Assembly (NCBI GenBank): GCA_963743975.1
Contig: CAVURS010000004.1
Span: 411,931 to 475,930, forward strand
Direction of reading: 5' to 3'
Origin: an uncultured Actinomycetota bacterium
GTDB lineage: Bacteria > Actinomycetota > Actinomycetes > Actinomycetales > CAVURS01
Length of the DNA stretch: 64,000 bases
Under the pieces are notes generated by a model that was not told the origin of the DNA, made no database searches, and saw only the letters and a list, made by a program, of their open reading frames with translations. How positions within the stretch are numbered: the stretch's first letter is position 1; every line of letters starts with the position of its first letter. This document shows, piece after piece, positions 47,103 through 55,355 of the stretch. The translations under genes were made by a program, and so were the position numbers.

Positions 47103-48352
47103 GGACCGGCGCTGCCGCCACCGTCGAGGCGGGCGGGCTCGACCGGGAGGTTCTCGCCCGGATCCGCGACACGCTCGCGGACGACGTGGAGCGACCGACC
47201 CCCGCCCGGATCGCCGCCGCCGCACGCTCGGCCGGGGTGATGGTCGGCGGCCGGCGCCTGCTGGCCGTGGTGGACGCCGTGCAGGCCGAGCTCTCGGGCG
47301 CCGGGCCGCTGCAGCCGTTGATCGCCGACCCGGACGTCACCGACATCCTGGTCAACGGCGTGGACGGCGTCTGGGTCGACCGGGGGAGCGGCCTGCAGCG
47401 GGTCAGCCTCGATCTCGGTGATGCGTCCGACGTCCGGCGGCTGGCGGTGCGCCTCGCCGCCGTGGCCGGCCGGCGGCTGGACGACGCGTCCCCCTGGGTC
47501 GACGCCCGGCTGCCCGGCGGAGCGCGGCTGCACGCGGTGCTGCCCCCGGTCGTGCAGGGCGCGGCCCACGTCAGCCTGCGCATCCCGCGGCGTACGGCGC
47601 TGTCGCTGGGCGACCTGGTCCGGGCCGGCACCGTCGCCGAGGACTGGGCGCCGGTGCTGCACGCCGTGGTGGCCTCGCGTGTCGCGTACCTGGTGACCGG
47701 CGGCACCGGCGCCGGAAAGACCACGCTGCTGTCGGCGCTGCTCGCCCTGGTGCCCGCATCCGAGCGGCTGGTCGTGGTCGAGGACGCGGCCGAGCTGTTC
47801 GTCGACCATCCGCACCTGGTCCGGCTCGAGGGCCGGGCGGCCAACGTCGAGGGCAGCGGCCTGGTCGCCATGACCGACCTCGTCCGGCAGGCCCTGCGGA
47901 TGCGCCCGGACCGGCTGGTGGTCGGGGAGGTCCGTGGCGCCGAGGTCCGCGACCTGCTCGCGGCGCTGAACACCGGGCACGAAGGCGGCTGCGGCACCGT
48001 CCACGCCAACGCCGGCACGGACCTTCCGGCGCGCCTGGAGGCGCTGGGCGCCCTGGCCGGGATGGGCCGGGCGGCGGTGCAGGCCCAGGCCGGAAGTGCG
48101 ATCGAGGCGGTGATCCACGTCCGCCGGTCGGGGGCCTCGCGCCGGGTCACCGAGCTGTCCGCCGTGGTCGGGGGTCGGGCCGGCCTGCAGGTTCTTCCCG
48201 CGCTGGTCCGGACCGGTGAGCAGGAGACGGCGGTCGGGCCGGGCTGGCCGCAGCTGGCCGTCCGGCTGGGGTTGGGCAGCCGGGCCGCGCCGGACAGCCG
48301 GGCCGCGCTGGGGCCGCCGGCGGCGCGGCACGGCCGGGAGGATCCGCTGTGA
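47099..48352 (+). CDS. tadA: Tad secretion ATPase (TadA/CpaF family)
   Basis: ATG 47099 overlaps the upstream stop. Walker A: VTGGTGAGKTTLL. Walker B: RLVVVED. Also present: RMRPDRLVVGEVRG, NTGHEGGCGTVHAN. Confidence 0.9.
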   Translation: MRTGAAATVEAGGLDREVLARIRDTLADDVERPTPARIAAAARSAGVMVGGRRLLAVVDAVQAELSGAGPLQPLIADPDVTDILVNGVDGVWVDRGSGLQRVSLDLGDASDVRRLAVRLAAVAGRRLDDASPWVDARLPGGARLHAVLPPVVQGAAHVSLRIPRRTALSLGDLVRAGTVAEDWAPVLHAVVASRVAYLVTGGTGAGKTTLLSALLALVPASERLVVVEDAAELFVDHPHLVRLEGRAANVEGSGLVAMTDLVRQALRMRPDRLVVGEVRGAEVRDLLAALNTGHEGGCGTVHANAGTDLPARLEALGALAGMGRAAVQAQAGSAIEAVIHVRRSGASRRVTELSAVVGGRAGLQVLPALVRTGEQETAVGPGWPQLAVRLGLGSRAAPDSRAALGPPAARHGREDPL

Positions 48353-49221
48353 CCGCGGTGATCCCGCTGTCCGGCCCTCCCGCGCTCCCCGTCCTGGCAG
48401 CGGCCCTGGGTGGGGCCGCCGTCCTGGTCTGGCCGGTCCGGCCGTCGGCCACCGCCCGCCTGGCGCGGCGGGTGGGGAGTCCTGTCGACCGCGCAGACCG
48501 CGCAGCCCCCCGACCGGCGCTGCTGCGCCACCTGGCCGCGCTCGTACCGCCGCGGCCGCCCGCACCGGGTCAGGTGGACCGGGCCGCGATCGCGCTCCTG
48601 GAGGCCCTGGCCGCTGCCCTGCGGGCCGGGCTGTCCCCGGCTCAGGCGCTGCACCACGTCGCCGCTCTGGGGGACTTCGGCGATCCCGCCGCTGCGGGCG
48701 CGGACGGCGCAGCCTCGGGTGGGCCGGCCGGTCCGGCGCTCCGTCGTCGGATCGGGCGGTGGCGCCGTGCCCGGAGCCGGCCCGACGAGATGGCGCTCCT
48801 CGCGGCGCGCCTGGCCGGGCACGCGTCGACGGGCGCGCGGCTGGAGCCGGTGCTGCGGGCGGAGGCCGAGCGGCTGGCGAGCCCGGCCCTGCTCGCGCTC
48901 GCCGCCGGGTGGGGGATGAGCGAGCGGTTCGGCGCACCGGTGGTGGACGTTCTGGACGGCCTGGTCGGCGCCCGCAGGGACGCCGCGCGGACCGCCGCCG
49001 CGGTGGAGACCGCCCTGTCCGCTCCCCGGGCCACCGCGTCGCTGCTGGCCGCCCTGCCGTTCGGTGGAGTGGTGCTCGGCGAGGTGGTCGGGGTCAGTCC
49101 GCTGGCCACTCTCTTCGGCACGTCGTTCGGCCGGGTCGACCTCGCCGCCGGCCTGCTCGCGACCTGGGGCGGCCGGGTCTGGATGCGCCGCCTCGTCCGC
49201 GCGGTGTCCTCGACGCCGTGA
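48349..49221 (+). CDS. tadB: Type II secretion system F family membrane protein (TadB-like)
   Basis: 290-aa ORF overlapping neighbours at both ends. It has an N-terminal TM, a T2SS-F-like region (LEALAAALRAGLSPAQAL) and C-terminal TM helices. Confidence 0.7.
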   Translation: MTAVIPLSGPPALPVLAAALGGAAVLVWPVRPSATARLARRVGSPVDRADRAAPRPALLRHLAALVPPRPPAPGQVDRAAIALLEALAAALRAGLSPAQALHHVAALGDFGDPAAAGADGAASGGPAGPALRRRIGRWRRARSRPDEMALLAARLAGHASTGARLEPVLRAEAERLASPALLALAAGWGMSERFGAPVVDVLDGLVGARRDAARTAAAVETALSAPRATASLLAALPFGGVVLGEVVGVSPLATLFGTSFGRVDLAAGLLATWGGRVWMRRLVRAVSSTP

Positions 49222-49880
49222 GCCGGGCGTCGGTCGCACCGGCTGTGCTGGCCGCTGGCCTCGTGGCTGCGGCGTTCCTGGCCTGGCCGGTGCGGGCCGG
49301 CCGCTCCCGCCTGGCCCGCGTGCTCGGTGCCCAATCCCGCCCGCCCGGGGCCGGACCCCTCGACGTCGGCCGGCTCCGCGGCCTGGCGCTCGGCCGATGG
49401 CTGCCAGGGCGTGCCGGGTGGGACCGAGGAGAGCGTGCCGGCGGAGCCGAACCTGGTCCGGACCTGTTGATGGACCTGGTGGCCTGCGGCCTGCGCTCCG
49501 GGCTGTCGGTCGTCGACTCCCTGCAGTGTGCGGCTGCGGTCGGAGGTGACCCGTCGGGCTACGTGGCGGCGGTCGTCGCCCGGTTGCGGATCGGCCTGCC
49601 GGCCCAGCTCGCCTGGGAGCGGACGCCACCGCCACTGGTGCCGCTCGCGCGGGCGCTGGTGCTCGCCGAGCTGTCCGGTGCTCCGGGTGCGGCCGTCGTC
49701 GCCCGGGCCGCCACCGACGCCCGGGCCCTGGCCCGGGAACGGCTCGAGCAGTCGGCCGCCCGGCTGGGTGTGCGCCTGGTGCTCCCGCTCGGGCTCGCCG
49801 TGCTGCCGGGCTTCGTCCTGCTGGCCGTCGTGCCGATCGTGCTGGGGCTCGCCTCGTCCGTCCTGGCCCAGAGCGGCTGA
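49218..49880 (+). CDS. tadC: Type II secretion system F family membrane protein (TadC-like)
   Basis: GTG 49218 overlaps the tadB stop. Segments: LMDLVACGLRSGLSVVDSL, GAPGAAVVARAATDARA. It has C-terminal TM helices. Confidence 0.7.
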   Translation: MSRASVAPAVLAAGLVAAAFLAWPVRAGRSRLARVLGAQSRPPGAGPLDVGRLRGLALGRWLPGRAGWDRGERAGGAEPGPDLLMDLVACGLRSGLSVVDSLQCAAAVGGDPSGYVAAVVARLRIGLPAQLAWERTPPPLVPLARALVLAELSGAPGAAVVARAATDARALARERLEQSAARLGVRLVLPLGLAVLPGFVLLAVVPIVLGLASSVLAQSG

Positions 49881-49911
49881 CCGCCCACGCGCGGGACCGG
49901 TCCCGCAGCGG

Positions 49912-49950
49912 GTGTCCACAGGGCCGGCCTCACGTCCCGGCATCCACAGG
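49912..49950 (+). promoter_or_regulatory. Two copies of the TCCACAGG motif (GTGTCCACAGGG and GCATCCACAGG) upstream of the flp-like pilin gene
   Basis: Read directly at 49912..49923 and 49940..49950, with cores 28 bp apart. They lie 86-125 bp upstream of ATG 50037 in the same orientation as the gene. Confidence 0.4.
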
Positions 49951-50036
49951 CTGCGATCCGGCGGCTGCCGTCATCGGTCGGCAGTGGGACGTTCGGGACA
50001 CCGATTCCCTTGTCTCGCAACGACTCTAGGAGCCCC

Positions 50037-50243
50037 ATGTTCGTCTACCTCCTTGACCGCCTACGCCTTCGCTCCCTTCAGCGGGAGGACCGGAGGGACG
50101 ACAGCGGGATGACGACCGCGGAGTACGCGATCGGCACGCTCGCCGCCTGCGGGTTCGCCGCTCTCCTGGTGACGATCCTGCGCAGCGGCACGGTGCAGGG
50201 CCTGCTGCTCGGCGTCATCCGCTCCGCGCTGGCCCTCGGCTGA
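50037..50243 (+). CDS. Flp-like pilin (DUF4244 family)
   Basis: Inner ATG 50037 preceded by AGGAG. The G/MTTAEYAIGTLAA processing-site-like motif is followed by a hydrophobic helix. 68 aa. Confidence 0.75.
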   Translation: MFVYLLDRLRLRSLQREDRRDDSGMTTAEYAIGTLAACGFAALLVTILRSGTVQGLLLGVIRSALALG

Positions 50244-50650
50244 TGAGCGCTGTCCCGTCGCACCTGCGCCGCCCGAAGAGGCGGGCGCGCGGCCGGGCCG
50301 CTGACGCCGGCACCGTCACGGCCGAGCTCGCCGTCGCGTTGCCGGGGGTCGTGCTGCTGGCCGTCCTGCTCGCCCTGACCGGGCAGGCGGTCATCGGACA
50401 GGTGCGGTGCACGGATGCGGCCCGGGCCGCGGCCCGGCTGGCGGCGCGGGGCGAGCCGGCTCCGCGGGTGCTCGCCGAGGCCCGCAGCCGAGCGCCCGCC
50501 GGCGCCCGGACCCAGGTCTCGGTGGCCGGCGACGAGGTGACGGTCGACGTGTCGTCCCGCCTGGCCGTCCCGGCCGGCCGATGGCTGACGTGGGCCGCCT
50601 TGTCCCTGCACGGCAGGGCCACGGCCTCCGTCGAGAGCCCGGTCCCCTGA
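50243..50650 (+). CDS. TadE-like pseudopilin family protein
   Basis: 135 aa. GTVTAELAVALPGVVLLAVLL is a TadE-type N-terminus. The start overlaps the pilin stop. Confidence 0.75.
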   Translation: MSAVPSHLRRPKRRARGRAADAGTVTAELAVALPGVVLLAVLLALTGQAVIGQVRCTDAARAAARLAARGEPAPRVLAEARSRAPAGARTQVSVAGDEVTVDVSSRLAVPAGRWLTWAALSLHGRATASVESPVP

Positions 50651-50682
50651 GCAAGCGCGGCGGCCCACCGGCGAGGCAGGCG

Positions 50683-51033
50683 GTGGGCCGGGAGCGGGGT
50701 GCCGGCACGGTCCTGTGTCTCGGCCTGGTCGCACTGCTCGCCACCCTCCTGCTGGCCGTGGCCGCCCTCGGGGCGGCCGTCCTGGCCCGGCACCGCGCCG
50801 CGGCAGCGGCGGACCTGGCGGCGCTGGCCGCCGCCGACCGCACCTCCGGGCGCTCGCCGGGGGCGCCCTGCCCGGCCGCGGCCTCGGTCGCCGGCCGCAA
50901 CGGCGCATCGCTCACCTCCTGCGTCGTCGCGGCGGACGGCTCGGTCACTGTCCGGGTGGCCTGCGGACTGCCGCCGCCCTGGCGCCGGCTGGGCACCGCC
51001 ATCGCGGTGGCGCGCGCCGGGCACCCGCCGTGA
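50683..51033 (+). CDS. Helicase/secretion-neighbourhood TadE-like protein (Rv3654c-like)
   Basis: GTG 50683 within ORF 50407..51033. N-terminus: VGRERGAGTVLCLGLVALLATLLLAV. It contains a conserved Cys pair (PCPAA...SC). Confidence 0.7.
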   Translation: MGRERGAGTVLCLGLVALLATLLLAVAALGAAVLARHRAAAAADLAALAAADRTSGRSPGAPCPAAASVAGRNGASLTSCVVAADGSVTVRVACGLPPPWRRLGTAIAVARAGHPP

Positions 51034-51115
51034 GGAGCGCGGCCGGGAGGCCCCCGCGGTCGCGAGCCCAGGCAACGGGTCAGCAGGGTCGGGGTTCAGG
51101 CCCGGCGGATCGTGG

Positions 51116-51793
51116 TCAGATGAGTCGCCGGACCGCGGCGACGAGCGCCGAGCGGTGGGTCGTCGTGCCGTGGGCCGAGGTCGCCTGCTGGCATCCGGTG
51201 AGCCGGACCACGAGGTCGGCCGTGGAGCCGTCCGGGTAGGAGAACCGCAGCAGCACCGCGCCGTTGCCCGCGTACGGGCACGACACGTGGCCCAGCTGGT
51301 CGGTGGCCCGTTCCGGAGCGGCATCCGCGAGCGCGACCAGCCCCGCCGCGCTCGCGGCGTCCACGCCGCGCGTGGCGGTGAGCCGAGCGGCGGTGCCGAC
51401 GACGGTCGAGCCGTAGCGACAGAGCAGGGCACCCACCGGGCCGCGGGGCACCGCGAGCGGCCCGACGCGGTCCACCGCCTCCGGCGAGGCCGACGTTCCC
51501 GAGAAGGGCAGTCCGGTCGCGTCGGCCGGGCACCCGCCGGAGGCGCGCACCGGTCCGGGCGTGGGGAACGGCAGCGGGGTCAGCGCCGACCCGGCGGTCG
51601 CGCCAACCGTCGTGCTGTCCGTCGTGCTGTCCGTCGTGTTGTCCGTCGTGCTGTCGGATGGGCCGCTCGACGGGCTCGATGAGCCGGCCGAGGACGGTGC
51701 CGCGCAGGCCGCCAGCACGACGACGAGCGCGGTCAGCAGGACGGCGACGCCGGCGCGGGCTCGGCGGAGGGACGATCGCGCAGCGACGGACAC
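51116..51793 (-). CDS. Hypothetical lipoprotein with (D-S/N-T-T)4 repeat
   Basis: 225 aa. It has a signal peptide plus lipobox (VVLAAC AAP), then a Ser/Thr/Asp-rich linker and a C-terminal domain with four Cys. Confidence 0.65.
   Translation of the reverse strand: MSVAARSSLRRARAGVAVLLTALVVVLAACAAPSSAGSSSPSSGPSDSTTDNTTDSTTDSTTVGATAGSALTPLPFPTPGPVRASGGCPADATGLPFSGTSASPEAVDRVGPLAVPRGPVGALLCRYGSTVVGTAARLTATRGVDAASAAGLVALADAAPERATDQLGHVSCPYAGNGAVLLRFSYPDGSTADLVVRLTGCQQATSAHGTTTHRSALVAAVRRLI
51608..51655. repeat. 12-bp tandem repeat x4 (CGTCGTGCTGTC, one variant unit) inside the lipoprotein gene
   Basis: Read directly. It encodes DSTT DNTT DSTT DSTT on the minus strand. Confidence 0.9.
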
Positions 51794-51806
51794 GGCTCAC
51801 CACCAG

Positions 51807-51832
51807 GCTCGACAACAGCTCGACAACAGCTC
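51807..51832. repeat. 11-bp tandem repeat x2.4 (GCTCGACAACA; minus strand GAGCTGTTGTC) just upstream of the lipoprotein start
   Basis: Read directly. It lies 14-39 nt upstream of GTG 51793. Confidence 0.85.
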
Positions 51833-51857
51833 CTGGGGTCAGACGCACGCCAGGCCC

Positions 51858-51887
51858 TGTTGGTTTCAGCTCTGTCGGTTTCAGCTC
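51858..51887. repeat. 15-bp tandem repeat x2 (TGT[T/C]GGTTTCAGCTC; minus strand GAGCTGAAACC[G/A]ACA)
   Basis: Read directly, with one mismatch between units. It shares the GAGCTG head with the 11-bp repeat. Confidence 0.85.
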
Positions 51888-51978
51888 CGCCGTGACAGCG
51901 CCAGCGGTCTTCGGCGCGGGTGATCCAGCGCGGTGCGTCAGCGCGGGTGGTTGGCGCCCTGGGGTTCGCCGGATCGGC

Positions 51979-52425
51979 TCAGGCGTCCTCGCCCGGCACG
52001 TACCGGCGCTCCGGCCCCGGGTCGTCGGCGTCGCCGTAGGCGTGGGCCGCATGCGCGGCGGGCGCCGGCTCCTGGTCCCGGACGTCGAGCGGCGCGTTCG
52101 CGGGAGTCTCGGCCACCCGGGCCTCGGCCTGGCGCGCCTCGGCCTGCCGGCTCTGCGCCGCAGCCTCCTCGGCCCGCTGGGCCTTGAGCTCGCGCCGCCG
52201 CATCCGCCCACGGCGGGCCGAGCGGGCGAACAGCGCGAGGGCGAGCACCAGCAGGAGCATCGCGACGGCACCGGCACAGAACACCCACAGGACGCTGGTC
52301 GTGAGGTGCTGGCCGTACCCGTTCAGGTGAACCTGGACGTGCTGCCCGCTGTGGACGGCCGCCACGGCGGCCAGTGCGGCCAGCACGAGCAGCACGACAC
52401 CGATCACGATCATCAGAGCCTCCAC
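51979..52425 (-). CDS. Hypothetical two-TM membrane protein with charged Ala/Glu/Arg-rich C-terminal tail
   Basis: 148-aa ORF. It has two hydrophobic helices, then RRRELKAQRAEEAAAQSRQAEARQAEAR. I assign no family with confidence. Confidence 0.6.
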   Translation of the reverse strand: MEALMIVIGVVLLVLAALAAVAAVHSGQHVQVHLNGYGQHLTTSVLWVFCAGAVAMLLLVLALALFARSARRGRMRRRELKAQRAEEAAAQSRQAEARQAEARVAETPANAPLDVRDQEPAPAAHAAHAYGDADDPGPERRYVPGEDA

Positions 52426-52484
52426 AGCGATAGCGGTCGCTCGACGCTAGCGCTGTTCCCCGCCCGATGCCCGGCGACACTCGG

Positions 52485-54772
52485 TCACGGAGCGTGGCGA
52501 AGCACTGCGTCCAGCAACCGTACGGCGCCGGCCTTGTGCAGCGGCTCGTTGCCGTTGCCGCACTTGGGCGACTGCACGCAGGACGGGCAGCCGTGCTCGC
52601 ACTCGCACGCGGCCACGGCGTCCCGCGTCGCCCGCAGCCACTCGCTGAGGGCGGCGTACCCGCGCTCGGCGAACCCGGCACCGCCGGGATGCCCGTCGTG
52701 CACGACGATCGTCGGCCGTCCGGTGTCCGGGTGCAGCGCGGTCGAGACGCCGCCGACGTCCCAGCGGTCGCAGGTCGCGACCAGCGGCATCATCCCGATC
52801 GCCGCGTGCTCGGCCGCATGAGCAGCGCCGGGCACGTCGGCCTCGCCGATCCCCGCCGCGTCCAGCAACGCCGCCGGCATCGTCCACCACACCGCCCGCG
52901 TGCGCAGCGTGCTCGGCGGCAGGTCCAGCGGCTCCTCCCCGAGCACCTGGCCCGACGGCAGGCGGCGCACGAAGCCCACGACCTGGGAGGTGACGTCGAC
53001 GGTCCCGAACGCGGTGCCGACCGGCCCCCAGGCCCGCTCCGCCGTCGTCGCGACCAGGTCCACCGTCGACAGCTCGCGGGCGTACGTCGTCCACTCGGGC
53101 TCGGCCCGCGACACCAGCGCCAGCCGGTCCTCCAGGTCCAGCCGGCGGACCAGGTACGTCGTGCCCTGGTGCACGTAGACGGCGCCGTCGTGCACGGTCC
53201 GGAACGCCGCACCGGCGTCGACGGTCCCGATCACCCGCCCGGTCACGTCCTCGACCACGCGGTACGCCGAGCCACCGGTGCCGCGCAGGTCGGCCAGGTC
53301 GCTGGCCCGCTCGGACCGCGTCCAGAACCAGCCCCCCGGCCGCCGCCGCAGCGTCCCCCGCCGGACCAGCAGGTCGAGCACCGGGCCGGCCTGCGGCCCG
53401 AACGAGCCGGCGGCCACCTCCTCCGGCCGCAGCGGGAGCTCGGCCGCCGCCGCCGCCAGGTGCGGCGCGAGCACGTACGGGTTGTCGGGGTCGAGCACGC
53501 TGGCCTCGACCGGCCGGCCGAACAGCGCCTCCGGGTGGTGCACCAGGTAGGTGTCGAGCGGGTCGTCGGCACCGACGAGCACGGCCGAGGACTCCTGGCC
53601 CGCACGCCCGGCCCGCCCGACCTGCTGCCAGAGCGAGGCCCGCGTGCCCGGCCACCCGGCCAGCAGCACGGCGTCGAGACCGGACACGTCGACGCCGAGC
53701 TCGAGCGCGTTCGTCGTCGCCAGCCCCAGCAGGTCCCCGGAGCGCAGCGCCCGCTCGAGCGCTCGCCGGTCCTCGGGCAGGTACCCGCCGCGGTAGGCGG
53801 CGACCCGGCCCACCAGGTCCGGGTCGACCTCGGCCAGCCCGCGCCGGGCAGCCGCCGCCATCGACTCCACCCCGCGGCGGGACCGGCCGAAGGCGAGCGT
53901 CCGCACGCCGCTCGCCACCAGGTCGGCCAGCAGCTCGCCGGTCTCGGTGCTGGCGCTGCGGCGGGCGGGCGCGCCGTTCTCCCCCTGGCCGGGCACGAGC
54001 GGCGGCTCCCACAGGGCCAGCGCCGACCGCCCCCGCGGCGAGGCGTCGTCGGTCACGCCGAGCACGTCGAGACCGGTCAGCCGCCGGGCGTGCACCTCCG
54101 GCTCGGCGACGGTGGCCGAGGCGAGCACGAAGGTGGGGTGCGCGCCGTACCGCTCGGCGACCCGCCGCAGCCGGCGCAGCACCATCGCGACGTGCGAGCC
54201 GAACACCCCGCGGTAGTGGTGGCACTCGTCGACCACGACGAACGACAGCGCCCGCAGGTACGGCGCCCACCGGGCGTGCCCGGGCAGCAGCGAGTGGTGC
54301 AGCAGATCGGGGTTCGATCAGCACGTAGGTCGCGTGCTCGCGCACCCAGCGCCGCTCGTCGTGCGGGGTGTCCCCGTCGTACGTCGCCGGGCGCAGGCCG
54401 GGGACGCCGGCGCGGGCCAGGCCCTCCATCAGCACCAGCTGGTCCGCCGCGAGCGCCTTGGTGGGGGACAGGTAGAGCACGGTGGGCGGCGCGCACCGCC
54501 GGGTGCGCGACGCGGGACAGGGCGGGGAGCAGGTAGCCCAGGGACTTGCCGGACGCGGTGCCGGTGGAGAGCACCACGTGCCGGCCGCCCCAGGCCGCGT
54601 CGGCCGCCGCCACCTGATGGGCCCACGGCCGCTCGATGCCCCGCTCCTCGAACGCGCGGCGTACGGCGGGGTCGCACCAGTCCGGCCAGTCGGCCGACCG
54701 CCCGGGGCGGGCCGGGAGGTGCTCCACATGGGTGATCCGGTCCGAGCGACCCAGGGCCAGCCGCCGCAGCAC
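52485..54772 (-). pseudogene. DECH-box helicase with C-terminal DUF1998/MrfA-type Zn-ribbon domain (Rv3649 / MrfA-like); two frame breaks (~54490, ~54317); start uncertain
   Basis: Motif I ([10 protein letters not shown]) is in ORF 54077..55462. [13 protein letters not shown] is in a second frame. VVVDECHHYRG onward is in ORF 52485..54236, with motif VI (QQVGRAGRAG) and a terminal 4-Cys cluster (CECEHGCPSCVQSPKCGN). Confidence 0.85.
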
Positions 54773-54898
54773 CTCCGGTGCGGCGGGTGGTGGCGGTGGC
54801 CGTGCTGCTCGGCGCGGGCCGTTCCATGGTCCGATGCTCTCGCGCGCTGGCGACAACCGGCCCCGACAAGGGAAACTGCGACGACACGCGAAGGGGCG

Positions 54899-55249
54899 GT
54901 GCACGTGGAACTGAAGCTGGCGACGCGCGACGACAGCGGCCGGACGGTCGTGGACATCGAGGGCGAGATCGACGTCTACACCGCCCCGACGCTGCGCGAG
55001 CACCTGAGCGACCTGGTCGCCGACGGCCACCACCACCTCGTCCTGGACCTCGAGCACGTGCAGTTCCTGGACTCCACCGGTCTCGGGGTGCTGGTGGGCG
55101 GTCTCAAGCGGGTCCGCGCGCACGACGGCACGCTCGAGCTGGTCTGCACCCAGGAGCGGATCCTGAAGGTGTTTCGCATCACAGGGCTGACCAAGGTCTT
55201 CCCGATCCACGCCTCGGTGCCCGAGGCTCTGGGGGCACAGCCCGCCTGA
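54899..55249 (+). CDS. STAS-domain anti-sigma factor antagonist
   Basis: GTG 54899 within ORF 54482..55249. It is SpoIIAA-like: [13 protein letters not shown]..., [16 protein letters not shown] (phosphorylatable Ser/Thr context), KVFRITGL. Confidence 0.85.
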   Translation: MHVELKLATRDDSGRTVVDIEGEIDVYTAPTLREHLSDLVADGHHHLVLDLEHVQFLDSTGLGVLVGGLKRVRAHDGTLELVCTQERILKVFRITGLTKVFPIHASVPEALGAQPA

Positions 55250-55355
55250 CCCTTGGTAGGCTCCCCGCGCGGTTCGTCCCGCGTTCAACTGTGGTCTGCA
55301 CGCCCCTTCGGCGCGCCGCCGGACGACCCGTTCACCAGCTCGTCGAGGAGGACGA

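Noticed and set aside
45458-48352. 964-aa + strand ORF covering the ssd region and tadA
   Set aside because: Only the last 418 codons (from ATG 47099) are TadA. The upstream part is out of frame with the CpaE/Ssd-like gene and is Arg/Pro/Gly-rich.
46910-49635. Overlapping 675-aa and 864-aa minus-strand ORFs across the tad locus
   Set aside because: They are antisense shadows of tadA, tadB and tadC with no motifs. The + strand genes have Walker motifs and coupled start/stop overlaps.
51608-51887. CRISPR-like array
   Set aside because: The repeats are 11-15 bp, tandem and without spacers. One set is in frame inside a coding region. No cas genes are present.
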